Part shown: positions 28,111 through 40,299 of the stretch, one piece after another | How positions within the stretch are numbered: the stretch's first letter is position 1 | How the letters are laid out: every line of letters starts with the position of its first letter | Source: Lama glama | Taxonomy: Eukaryota | Assembly (NCBI GenBank): GCA_028534125.1 | Contig: CM052818.1 | Span: forward strand, 37,946,001 to 38,010,000 | Length of the DNA: 64,000 bases | Reading direction: 5' to 3' | Notes under the pieces: model-generated | What the model was told of the DNA's origin: nothing | What the model saw: the letters and a program-made list of their open reading frames with translations, nothing else | The model's database searches: none | Translations under genes and position numbers: made by a program

Positions 28111-28331
28111 ATGTGATGATGAGACAGACAGAGTTTACTAATCGTGTGGGGACATCTACGGCCATCTCTCCATCTTTCTCAAAACTTCCTGGCTAGTGAG
28201 TAACACTCCATAAGCAATAGCCCCCTCCCAATGCTTCTGTCCTGCAACCATTAAAACGCAAAATCTGTCCAGAAGTGCTGCCAGGTGGCATGGGAGCCAA
28301 GAGGAGTCCCCAGCAGAGGATGGAGGATACA

Positions 28332-28878
28332 CTAGTATTTATAATCAATCGCTACAAACTTAGAGGCTTACAACAGTATACATTCATTACTTCCCAGTTT
28401 CTGTCAGTCAGCGGGGTAGACACAGCTTAACTGGGTCCTCTGTTTTAAATTCTCATCAGGTGGCAATCCGGGCTTAACTAGGACTGCGGTCTCATCAGTG
28501 ACTTGACTGGGGAAATAAATGTTTCCAAGCTCCCTCGGGTTTTGGCAGAATTCATCTCCTGGAGCTGGAGGACTGAGGCTCCCATTTTCTTGATGGCTGT
28601 CTGTGGGCTGATTTTCACTTCTAGAGGCCACCTGTGATTCTTTGTCATGTGGCCTCTTCCACAGGTAAGTCACAACACGTCTCCTTGCTTCTTCAAGACC
28701 CTCCAGTCTGCAAAGATGAAGTCATCTATCACAAAACATGAGCATGGGGACGTAGTCTGTCACCTTTGCCGTGGTTTAGCACTTGGAAGCAAGTCACAGG
28801 TTCTGCTGGCCCTGAGGAGGCAGGATTATAAAAGACCATGACTTGCCGTAGATGACCTAAAGGCATATCCACCACCAG
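28332..28878 (-). mobile_element. MLT1 (MLT1E-like) MaLR solo LTR
   Basis: 'acaaacttagaggcttacaacag...gcttaactgggtcctctg...ggcagaattcatctcc...aggactgaggctccc...ctagaggccacc...agcaagtcacagg'. Confidence 0.8.
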
Positions 28879-31800
28879 CGCTTAAGGTTTTCAGCTCAGG
28901 GTTTGTTTTCTCCCTCACTAGACTGCCAAGGTAGGTCCTACTTGAGACTGTCCATTAGCACAAGAGATAACTAACAGTCAGGAAAATGTGAACTGACGTG
29001 CCAAATTTTCACATAGCTACAGAGTACAATCTTTGAACGAGAAAGACTACAAACCAAACAACATATGCTACATGAAGCAGAATTATTGGAACAGATGATC
29101 TACAAATACAAAATGAACACATAAATATTCTCAAAGGTAGAAGGAAGTGTGCTTTAATAAAAAATAGAAGACAAAAGTCATTAAAAAGTTAGAAATATTA
29201 AGTGCACAGAATACAGCAGCTAACAACTTTTCAATGGTCTACATGGGATGAGTAGAACTGAGAGGTCAGATTGAAGAATTCTCTTAGAAGACGCCAAACA
29301 GGGACAAAGAAATGGATGACATAAGAGAAAAGTTGGGGAGTACAAAGGCTAGAAATAGAAGTGCCAATATCTGCAATAGTTTTAAAAGAACAGCAACAAC
29401 AATAAAAATAAACAAGAGAAAGGAGATATTTGCAAAAAGAACAGACACAAATATCCTAGAATTAAAAGCAAGATGGGAGACCTCAGAATAAAAGGGTCCA
29501 AAGAGTGTCAGATGGGGCAGGTGAGAACACATCTGCCCCTAAACCTGTTAGAAACACCCAACGTGCAGAGACTTTATCCAGAAAGAATGTAGGTTGCCTT
29601 TAGTAAAATCAAATGAAATTGCCACCAGACCCTGGAATTCTTTGTTTAGCAGAATTGCCATTAAAATACGAGGGTGAAAAAAATGTCCTCAGGCATGTCA
29701 GGCTTAGAAAATTTGCCACACAAACATTCACTTAGAAAATACTTTTAGAAGAAGCATTCAGATAAGAAGAAAAATACATCCTGGGGATGCGGTAACCCCT
29801 TCTGAGAAGTAAGGATGATTCATTCTTTTAGCACAGATTCTAGTTACCCCTTGAAATAAGGCTAAAAGAGCAAAATAGTATCCTGTATTGTACAGTAAAC
29901 CTGGAGTTAAAATCCAATAAAGATAAAGTGGCAGAAAAGACAAAAACACCCTGATAATATTCAAAATTTTCTGATTTGTTAGGAGAAAGATGAGATACTA
30001 GTGAATTTAATAAATCAATATGGATATAAATATGAGAGGAATTCTTTATTTAAGGATGACTAATATAAAAACAAAAGCAGAATGAGAAAATTTGAAGTCA
30101 AGACAAAAAAAAACTAACATGACCAATGTTTACCCAAGTAAACAAAAAGAAAAGACATTAAAGGAAAAATATTAAGTAAGATAACCATAAAAAGCCTAAA
30201 ATAATTACAATAATGTAACTGGATTAAACTCACCAATGAAAGAAAATAACTCAGACTGAAAACAAAATAATTCCAACAGTGTATCGTCTGTAATATATGA
30301 AGATAAAATAAGAGTTGAAAATAAAAGGTGGAAAAAATAATAGGCCATGAAAATATTAAACAAAAGAAATCTAGGTAAGTACTTTTAATATCTAGAAATA
30401 TATAATTTGAGAGAAAAAAATCACAAGAGATAAAAGGGGATCATTATATTGGTAAAAAGTACAATTGAACAAGAAAATTAGCCATCATAAACAGCTGTCA
30501 CTATAACAGTAAAATCACAAAATGTATAAAGCCAAAGTGGGAAAGACTAAAGAGAGTCTTTGTATTTATACTTATATTAGATAAAAGTATCAATTATTGC
30601 TGGAGACTTTATCAAACTCTTCTGAGAAATGGATAGATCTAGAAGGCAGAATAAATAGAAATCTGAAAAATCTAGATAGCACAATACATAAATTCAACTA
30701 ATCTATGGGGTAATTCAGAGCTCTGCATCCAACAAACATAATTTTTTGAGTATAGATACATTGAAAAATTATGTGTTAAAAGAAAAGTAGAAAAAAGTTC
30801 TTACAATAAATAAGTAGATAAAGAAAGGAAGAAATGAAGAGAGAGAAGAATGAAGGAAGAGGGAGAGAGAGAAAACAAAATTTTTTAAAAAGGAAAAAGC
30901 AATATCATACATGCCAACTAGAGTGTATACCCAAAATTCAAGGAAAAATTAATAACAAAAATGGCTTTAAAAATTCCATGTATTTGGAAATAAAACATCA
31001 TACTAGTAAAAAGCTGCATATTTATAAATATTATTATGAAAAAAAAAGAACTGGACAGTGAAAACTAAATGGATTTTAGGGCCTAACTTAAGTGTCAAAT
31101 TTAATTACAATTATCATAAGAGAGATGTTTTAGACATGAGCTAGCATTAAAGTTCAAGAAGTTGGACGAAAGAGTGATAAAGTAAGTAAGTCAGAAGAAA
31201 GAAATGGAAGGGCAAACTTCAATGAAATAGTATGTTTAGAAACACAGAAAAGTTCAATAATATTTCAAACTGTTTTCTTTGAAACATTAACAATGCACAA
31301 TTCTAGTATGATAACTCAAGAAAAAAGAGAGAATTTAAATTTAAAAAAATGTATGTTGAAAATAGCAACTCACTAAGGACACAGACAACAATATATCTAA
31401 AAACTTACTACAGTAGTTAAAAAAATAAACCCTAAATTAAATAAATTCTTTGAATAAATGTCAGAATTAGGGGAAAAAATGAAAACCTTCAATATAACCT
31501 AAACATTTAAAAAATTAAATAGTAGTTAAAGACCATCCTCCCCCAAACTTCCAGCCCAAATAGTTTTATACATGAACTCTACCGAAGTTCTATGAAAGAT
31601 TTCATCCCTATTTTAAACAAACTGTTCCACAAAATAGAAAGTGTCTCCAAATTAAGCAACAAACACAAAAGCAATTCTATTAAAATGTTTAGGGAGAATT
31701 TTTGATGAATTTGTCAAACTCATTAAAAAAATGTTATGGAAGAATAAAGTTCCATGAATTGCTATTTCAATTTTATAAAATTAAAATAAAAAGAGAACAT

Positions 31801-32079
31801 TCATTCTACCAGTTATTAAGACTTGCTAAAAGGCCATAGTAATTAAAAATCATCTGATTTTGGCTCAGAAAGACACAAATAAATCAACAGAATTAAAACT
31901 AGACACTGACAAACAGCATCTTCAACTGATAAACAGTAACACTGAAAACATGCTGGTTAGAGAAATGATGCGATGGAAAGTTGCAGTAAGGAGAAACAAA
32001 GTCATGTCCCCTGACTCACATGATATATAACGATGGAGTCCGGTAAGTTAAAAATCTAAATGTGAGATATTAAAAGTTT

Positions 32080-32128
32080 ACACACACACAGACACACACA
32101 CACAAACACACACACACACACACACATA
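32080..32128. repeat. (CA)n microsatellite, interrupted
   Basis: 'acacacacacagacacacacacacaaacacacacacacacacacacata'. Confidence 0.95.
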
Positions 32129-32129
32129 C

Positions 32130-32286
32130 ATAGGGTAATTACATGAGGTGATGATGGATCAGTTAACTAACTGTTTTAATCATTTTGCAATATGTACATA
32201 TATCATACCACAACATTGTACATCTTAAATTCGTGCCATGTTATATGTCAGTTATACCTCAAATAAAGCTGGAAAAATAAATAAAA
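32130..32286 (+). mobile_element. Younger L1 (L1MA-like) extreme 3' end inserted in the older L1
   Basis: 'ggtaattacatgaggtgatg...aatcattttgcaatatgtacatatatca...ttatatgtcagttatacctcaaataaagctggaaaaataaataaaa'. Confidence 0.8.
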
Positions 32287-32770
32287 CTAATTTAGCCTAA
32301 TGAAGAAAAGATCTAAATGCAGGATGGAGATCCAAGCAGGTAATAGGAAACAGACTGAAAAATAACTGATACCTAGAAGTGGGGGGAAATGTATTTGAAA
32401 AGACAGTAGAAGCATATGTGGAGCAAATCTGGAGATATTAATGGCCGTGGTTACACAGGAATTAAGAACCTCAGTTCCTTGAAGGGCACCATTGGCACAA
32501 ATACGAGAGAGAAATACGACAGCAGGGGGAGGAGAGGTGTCATGCTGAAAACCTTTAAGACAATGTCTGTGGAGTCAGGAACCCCGATAGAAATGTGAGC
32601 AAAGATATTAATAGGCAGTAGAAGAGGACACGATGACTAATAGGTGTGAGAAGAAGCTGTCAAACTCACTAGCAAGCAGAGAAATGCAAATGAAAATAAT
32701 GAGATACTATTTTATATCCATCAGAAAGGCCAGAAACTAAACTTTTAATGACCATGACACATTAGAAGAG

Positions 32771-33130
32771 AAGTGCGTACTTTGCACGGCGCCCTGGGCT
32801 GGCACTCGCGCCGGTATCTAACGAGGCACGGTCCCAGGCAGGAGACATGCCGGCAGAAGTACCAGTCAGCGCACGGTTCTCAAAATCAGTTCGTCCCAGG
32901 CGGTGTGGGCTGGCGTTCAGACTGTGCTTTACTCTAAATCTAGAAAAGACATGGACAATAAGAGAGAAAAGATACAAGTCCCGCTCGCTGCACGAGAGAG
33001 GTTGGGGCAGGCCTCCCTTAGTTCACGGCCGTGGCTGTCCCGGACTCGCACAGTATCCTCAGGGGCGCAGAGCCAGTTCCCTGGGAGTCCCTGCTCTCCC
33101 CGGCTGCCCAGTGATGCCCCAGCGGTGCGT
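32771..33130. promoter_or_regulatory. Small CpG-island-like segment
   Basis: 25 CpG counted in 360 bp against a CpG-poor background. Function not shown. Confidence 0.45.
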
Positions 33131-33539
33131 GGCTTATTCCCCTGCCTTATCTTCTGGGAGGAGAGTAAACCCTGAATGTGGTGGTTTCTCGCCTCTTAAG
33201 CAGCAAACACCTGGCTCAAGAGAGCCCACATCCATCATATAACTGGATATAAACTATCAACCAGAGTCATCTCTTACTACTAATTAATTGCTAATTAAAC
33301 ACAATGTAATAATTATGATCTGTTAGCAGTTACCAATTACCTGATTGGCTAAGTGCTACCAGATCACAACGATTAGTCAAAACTGATTCTTAAAAAGAAC
33401 CTCAGCAGGCACCTCCCCATCTAGTGCTCTTCCAACTCAGTAATAGTCAGTCAGCAGTTTCCCCATATTCATTAGTCTTGTCTGGGGACATTCATACAGA
33501 AACACATCCTTTTGCCGCATGTTCATAACACTTTGTGAT

Positions 33540-33657
33540 CAGTGTTGCCAGATAAAATAAAACATACAGTTAAATTTGAATTTCAGATAAGGAATTTTTT
33601 TTTTAGTGTAAGTACATCCCAAATATTGCATGAGATATAATAAATCTGACAATTCTG
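33540..33657. mobile_element. MER53-like hAT MITE with most of one arm deleted
   Basis: Terminal inverted repeats 'cagtgttgccagat' and 'atctgacaattctg'. Internal 'cagttaaatttgaatttcagataa...ttttagtgtaagtacatcccaaatattgcatg'. Confidence 0.75.
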
Positions 33658-33829
33658 CTTCGTTAACTTGGCCTTAAACACCATGGCTGTTTATATTTAG
33701 CATTCTCTTCTTTCTACTCACGTTTGCCAAAACTGTCTCATTCTTCTGTTAACTTTTCATTGCCCACAGACCCAAATCTGCTCCCAAGAAAAAAGAAGGG
33801 ACCATGCATTCCTTTCTTAATTCTTGTAA

Positions 33830-33980
33830 AATTATGACGTAGGAATTTTCATCCCCAAATTACAGAGAAGAAAATTGAGGTTTAAAAGTGCACCTGGGAT
33901 CACACAGCTAGCAATGGGAAAGTCAGTCCTAGAATTCAGGGTGGTCTAACAAGTCATTCCCTTTCACTTACCCATACTGC
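33830..33980 (-). mobile_element. MIR SINE fragment
   Basis: 'atccccaaattacagagaagaaaattgagg...gatcacacagctagcaatggg'. Confidence 0.7.
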
Positions 33981-36039
33981 CCATGAGGAAGGATAAGGAG
34001 AAATTCAAAGACTCTGCAATGCATTGGACTGGGGGAGTGGAGCAGTATTTGTGCATTGACTGGGGAGTTTGTTCTCCAAGATCTCCCAAGATAATGATGT
34101 TGGGATCCTGGGCTGGCCTAGAGCAATGATGCCCGTACCTCTGTCAGTTGCAAACTGGACTCACTGTGCTGCTTCTTACAGGTCATCTCCTGGGATCCCC
34201 ACGCAGAAGACCCACCTTAGACAGGCAGGTGCAGGGGGAAGAAAAATGAAGTCATAATTTGAAACCCCACTTACTTTTCTCTGTGGCCAGAAGCCCAGAA
34301 TAAGTCATCTTACATCATCTTGCTCTAGTCACCACATACAGGAAACAACAAAGCCCAAATTCTAAATCAAAAGGATCTATTTACAAACTCAGTGACCTTT
34401 CCTCCACCTGTCTTCCTTCATTGAGAAGACATAAGCTTCCTCCCTTTAGGAAAAATCTCCCAAATTATATGAGCTAATTATCCATGTTGTTTCTCCTTTG
34501 TTTCTTGTGGGGTTTTTCCCCCCCTCCTAAATTACGGCCACCTTTAAGAGAATCCAATTGCTTTTTTAAACAGAAGGTTGAACCACCTATTAGAATGTAA
34601 AAGAATGTGCTAATTGGAGTTCAAATCAAATAACAGGATGCAGTTTAAATTTAAACTTATAAAATGGACTATCCTTATTACCTTTACACCTCTAACTCCA
34701 TGGGCTCTAAACAGCAGAATGACCCAAAGTCACCTTGAATCTATCCACCCTTTCAACCTGACAATATTGCTTTTTTTGTTTTGTTTTTAGTCTCTTTCAA
34801 CCAGAAGTAACTGCACTTAACTGTGAGATTATGCAGCTCTGTTTGGAAAGCTTTTGTGAGTCCCTGTAGTATAATGATTTTCCTTTAGAGAGCATGTAAT
34901 TTTAGGTTCTTGCATAACAGCACAGATTTTTATGGTATTACTAAACTTTGTAATTTTATTTCCCTCTGACAATTAAGTGCACACTGATGTTATGGAATTT
35001 TTTTCTTCCTTCCATCACAGTTGGATGAAATTGGAAAGGCAGACTGTGCTGTGTGGGGAGTGCTCATGTCTAGAAGTGTAAACGTTTTGTGATTCCCTTG
35101 TTGAAGATCCATTTCACACACAGGCAAATCCATCACACCGCTACTGTTTGCTTTCAGTTACAAACAAGCTGCAACCCAAAACACACAATGTACCAACCGA
35201 AAGCAATCAACATGCCATTTATGCACTCCCTTTGTTTAGGAAATAGTTTAACAGTTTACAGTACATTAACTCAGATGTCGAGCTAACCTTTCTGTAGAAA
35301 GTGAGCATCATCCAAGTAGATCCCCTTTTGTCCTGGAATTCATCATTTCTCATCACTAGCCATATCTTTTTCTTGTCTATTGCACTCAGGCCTGGGCAGG
35401 AACTCCAGCCTTCTACAGAGACCCTCACTACTTCCCACCGCCGTGCAGATGAGACACACCACTTGTTCTAATCCAGGCAGGCAGCTGAATGCAGACAAAT
35501 GTGTCACCTATGAACTGGGTAACCCCATTTGGACATTCATGATTCACTCTGTCCCTCGGTGGCAAGGTGAAGGCTTCCCTCCCACAAAGATGAGTGTTCA
35601 GTACCCATTAGGCAAATGATTATTGTCCTTGAATCCCTCTAAACTGTATTTCTGTAATTCATCCAAGAATTTGTAAGAACGATAATGTTCTCTTTTAATC
35701 TTCACGTGTTGGCTTTAATCTATTCCCTGATGATTAGAGTTTTGCAGACTTGCTAGGACTTAATGATGCTTCTCCAGAAAGGTTTACATGATCAGTGAGA
35801 CAAGATCCCAAGACAGAGTGGGTAGAAACTCTGACATCCACTCCGGCACAGCCTCTTCTCTGCGGACAGGTGCAGCATTTCCCACAGCAAATCACTTCCC
35901 GTCGTCAGCAGATCTCGTGTCCTATTCCCTGTCACTCAGATTTGTGAAACTGCAGCACTCTATGAACATCTATGCTCCTCACTCTACGGAAAAGCTTTAC
36001 CTTGAAAATCCACCGGCAGCTTAACACCTGGACACACTC

Positions 36040-36628
36040 TATTAGGGACTGTTTCTGCCCCACCCACCCCAAATCACATGCTGAAGCCTCGACTCTGAGT
36101 GTGGCCATATTTGGAGATGGGGCCTCTAAAGAAGTAATTAGGGTCACCGTTTTGTGTGTGTGGCAAGAGCACTTGAAATCTACTCTCTTAGCAAGTTTCC
36201 AGTATATAACACAGTATTGTTAACAGCAATACGGTACACCAAAAACGTCACGTTGTACTCCTTTAACGAATGCAATTGTTATTTTAATTTTTTAAACTCT
36301 GAAATATTTTAATTGGAAAAAAAGAAGTAATTAAGGTTAAATGAGGCATAAGGGTGGCCTGATCCCAAAGGAGCTGCATCCTTATGAGAAAACACACCAG
36401 AGAACTCCCTCTCCCCGCACACACGCACAGAAGAAAGACCGTGTGGGGACACGGTGAAGACGGCGCCTTCTGCAGACCGGGAGAAGAGCTCTCGGCAGAA
36501 GCCCACTGTGGTGGCATCCCGATCTCAAAGCCTCTGCCTCCGCAACTGGGAGGAAAGTAACTTGTATTACAGAAGCCATCCAGTCTGTGATATTTTGTTA
36601 TCATCGCCTGAGCAAACAGACTAATACA
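36040..36628 (+). mobile_element. MLT1A-like MaLR solo LTR, interrupted by an L1 insert
   Basis: Termini 'tattagggactg' and 'cagactaataca'. Perfect 5-bp TSD cactc (36035-36039 / 36629-36633). Internal 'atatttggagatggggcctctaaagaagtaatta'. Confidence 0.9.
36145..36320 (+). mobile_element. Short L1MA-like 3' end with an inverted 5' part
   Basis: About 36145-36225 is antisense L1 3' UTR and about 36227-36320 is sense L1 3' end with an A tail. Flanked by a 17-bp TSD (16/17 identical). Confidence 0.8.
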
Positions 36629-37349
36629 CACTCTCATGTATAAGTCATCTTAAAAACCATCTTAATCTTAAGGTTTTCACCAACGGAGCTGCAGGTGAAT
36701 CTGGACTTATTTCCACACACAACACACCATCTTCAAAATTACACAATCAAGAAATGAATACATGTAGACGTGTGGCCTTAGACCAAGCAGCCTCGGGCGA
36801 ATGCTCATGGCTACCTTCACGCTACACTTTGAAGACTGTTTCTTTGAACTATCCTGAATAAACATAAATTAGCCAAAAAGGAAAGGGAAAAAATCTTTTC
36901 CCAGCCAGGAGTCTGTCCACTCTCTCCAGAGGCAATATCACAGAGCCCACAAGATTTTGGCAAGGTGAGGCTATGATATCTGTTAATTCTTGACACCCTA
37001 CATAGTCACTTTTAACACTGGTCAAATCCACCAATTCCCCACTGCTTTTTCTAACAAAAGCTCTTCCCAACTCCCAGACCTCAATCGTTAGGCAGAACAG
37101 ACTATAGAATTTAGTGAGTGTGCTTTCCCAGGAAGAGTGAGCTCCCAGAACAAAGCAGAGCTGCAGACGCTGCTGTGTAAGCATGACCCTTTGGTGGACA
37201 CTCTGCCCACATTTATTCAAGAAGCTCTCCAGCAAAACTGACCCATGTTGGCTCCATAAGCAATTCCCTTCAGTTCAGGAAGATAACTGGAAAACGTTGC
37301 CTAATATATTAACATAAATGCAGGATATATATCTGCATCTTTTTTAGGG

Positions 37350-37375
37350 GTGTGTGTGTGTGTGTGTGTGTGTGT
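37350..37375. repeat. (GT)13 microsatellite
   Basis: Perfect GT run read directly. Confidence 0.95.
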
Positions 37376-38793
37376 TTCATGTGGTCTAGGATGCTTTCAC
37401 TGGACTATTTTTGAGGCACGCAGGAAACATCCTGTATTCTGAAAACCCAGAAGAGTCAAAGCCTGGAAACAGAGTTAAGGGAGCCACCCACACTTCAGGA
37501 GCTCAGCCAGCATTAGAGTTCTTCCTTCTCGTAGGCATCTCCTTCCAGTTGGTCCCCCTACCCCTCACTCCTCTTTCCCTCCCAGATTCAGTGCTTTCAG
37601 CTGAATGTCTGGAATACTCCTGAACTGTGAGTATTTCAATCAAGAATACCTAAGTATAAAGAAATGTGGAGGAGGGGTGAATGTAGCCTCCTCTTTGCCT
37701 GAGGCACCTGCCCAGTGAAGTTTTATCCAGTAAGAACTCTGATCCTGGTGCTCAGAAGGGAAAAAATTTTCACCCTCTGACGTGCATGTCTTCCACTTAG
37801 TGACTACGGATGACGATTAATGCCTCTCTCCCCACTCATCTGGTCCAGATTCCCTCCACATCCTCCCCTGGGCTCATGGGGAGACTGGGCCTGCATTTCT
37901 CTTCCCTAAACTCCATCTTCCATTCCTGGGGTGATCCTGCAGCTTCCAGTTGGACAGAGCCCAGAGGGCAGCCTGTGTATAAGCTGGCCAAATTTAAAGC
38001 AGGATTTATGAATCTTGAGCGGGATTTTCATGCTGTCTATACCACCGTGAAATTATCTGCTGATTCCTTTTAGTAAACAAGGCAGCAGGTGGAAGCCAGC
38101 CGTTCCCAAGCCCAGCCGGGAGACTGTGGCCGCAATGCTGATGTGCTAATGCAGGGACCAATAAAGGAACCTCTGTGGGGCCGGCGGGCTCGTCTACCCC
38201 AGAACTGCTCTTCTAATGCCGAAATGCGAGGCAATTCGAGAGAGGCAAGTTTGTGCACTGTTCCTCCACTCATTACTCATGCACAGTATATATTATTTAA
38301 AATAAGCAATTATCCCAAAGTAAACAAAACTGTTTGCACTTCCCAGGAGAGAATTTGCGCCTTGGAGGAAGCTAGTGTCAGGCAGAGAACAAGAAACCAC
38401 GGACTAGAACGGAAATAGTTCCATATTCTCTTTGCAGGACAAATTCTCCTTGCTTCAGCCTGGCATGCCCATCCTTCTATACAAGGCCCTGACTTCATTC
38501 ACTTCACAAATGCCCAAGATGCCCCTTGCTCTTCAGCTTGACTTAATTCTTATTCAAAAAGAGACCAATGTTGTAAGCACCAATGTTTAAAAATTACAGA
38601 CAGAAGAGCATTAAAATGAAAGAAAGCAATTGTTAATTCCATTTCTTTTTCTGTAAATTATAAATGACTTCCATTATTTACTTGTTTTAATGAAATATAT
38701 AGAGAGTGAGGCCTCATGGTATGAAGATGATTCTCCTACATAAGTCGTTCTTAAGCACTCCACACACAGTGGTTTTTACCTGAATTTTTAGAG

Positions 38794-38982
38794 CAGTGGT
38801 TTTCAAATTTTCATAAGTAATCAGAATTCCCTGGGAGTCTTACCAAAACATGGATTGCTGGGCCCCACCTCCAAAGTTTCTTATTCAGTGTACGTAGGTT
38901 GAGCACTAGTAATTTGTATTTATGAAACATTCCCAAGTGATTCTGATGCTGCTTGTCCAGGGACCAAATTTGACCACCATTG
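38794..38982. mobile_element. MER5A-like hAT-Charlie DNA transposon
   Basis: 189 bp, termini 'cagtggttttcaaa' and 'tttgaccaccattg', internal 'gattgctgggccccacc' and 'gtgattctgatgctgcttgtccagggacca'. Confidence 0.85.
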
Positions 38983-38990
38983 TTCTAAAA

Positions 38991-39267
38991 TTGTGCTGTT
39001 CAGTAAGGTAGCCACCAACCACATGTGGCTATTGAGTATGTGAAATGTGGCTGGTCGGAATTGATAAAGTACACTTTGGATTTCTAAGACTTTGTACAGA
39101 AATATAATGTAAAATACCACATTATTTTGTACATGATTATAGGATGAAATGCTAAAACTTTGGGTATTTTAGGTTAAATAAAATTAATTAGTAATTGTTT
39201 CTTTTCACTTTTCAATGTAATTACTAGAAAGTTTAAAGTTACATTCTATTTCTGTCTGGCAGCACTG
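38991..39267 (-). mobile_element. MER33-like hAT-Charlie DNA transposon
   Basis: 'tgtgctgttcagtaaggtagccaccaaccacatgtggctattgag...gaaatgtggct...tactagaaagtttaaagttaca...cagcactg'. Confidence 0.8.
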
Positions 39268-40299
39268 TCCCAGGGAATCACAGACTGGCTAAGGATGGGA
39301 TATGGTCAATATGAAATCGAAGGGCAAAGATAGATTCAAAGCATAAAACCAAATTTGACTGCCTGAGTATCGACTGTTGTAGGCTCTTAGGAAAGCACAT
39401 ATCAGACCATATTGGGCCCTGAACATGTTCTTTTGGTGGGGTGACCAGCAAGTCCAAGGTAGCTCTTGAGGAGTGTCTGGTAGGCCCCACAGCAGGGGCC
39501 CTGTTTCCAGCAACTCCCCTTTAAATATCCTGCAAGATGCTTGAAAAGGACTCTAGGAACATGCATTATTTTTCATAAAACCTATACAGTTACCTTTGGG
39601 CAAAAAGGATCTGGGCCTTTTCATCATAGCCGAGGCTAAAGTAATTCTGAAGGCAAATATTGAAAGTAAAAATATGTTGTTTGCCTTAATCCCAAATCAC
39701 AAACAACCATCGTTCTCTCTTCTAAATTGATTTGAGATTCTCTATGACAGCATTTTCACTCTGGCTGAACTTTATCCCCCAAACTCCAGTTTGCCCTGGA
39801 GTTGATTGAGCAAGACTGAATTACGATCATTTTTTTTTTCCTGAACACTGTCTAAGGTTGTATTGTTTGGCTCTGTGTACGCACACCATGCAGCTACACT
39901 CCTCAGGGAGGGACTATGGAATTTCTCTGTTTTATTATTCTGCACTGTTATTCCCCAAGACTAAGCATAGAGTTTTCTCTGCTGATGCGGAACCAGAATG
40001 TACTGTTCTTACAAAGTCATTTGGCAAAGATATGCTTCAATAGGAGGGTGAAGAAACTGTTCTTATCATATTCTTGTGTTGGGGAATCCAGCTCAAGCTG
40101 AATCGCTTCTCCTTAATTTCATAAATATTCATCTCATCGGAAGGAATTTATCCAAGTCAAACTATGTTACACTCTCGTAAGTGACACAGGACAGGGGATA
40201 AGCAGCTCTGGCCTCCTCAAGTCCGAAGGTTCCTACCCCGTCAAGCGATGGCGTGACACTTCACTGATGTCGCGTCTTCCTTTCTGCTTGGCTGTTTGG

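Larger units (their letters stand above)
29000..32740 (+). mobile_element. Long, highly degraded L1 (ORF1, endonuclease, ORF2 remnants)
   Basis: ORF2 start 'taattacaataatgtaactggattaaactcaccaatgaaag', 'caattattgctggagacttta', 'ccagcccaaatagttttata', and 3' part 'cagagaaatgcaaatgaaaataatgagatactatttta'. Confidence 0.8.

Noticed and set aside
34020..34068. Short imperfect direct repeat tgcatt(g)gactgggg(g)agt
   Set aside because: Only two copies 32 bp apart, best explained as a local slippage duplication. Not CRISPR-like.
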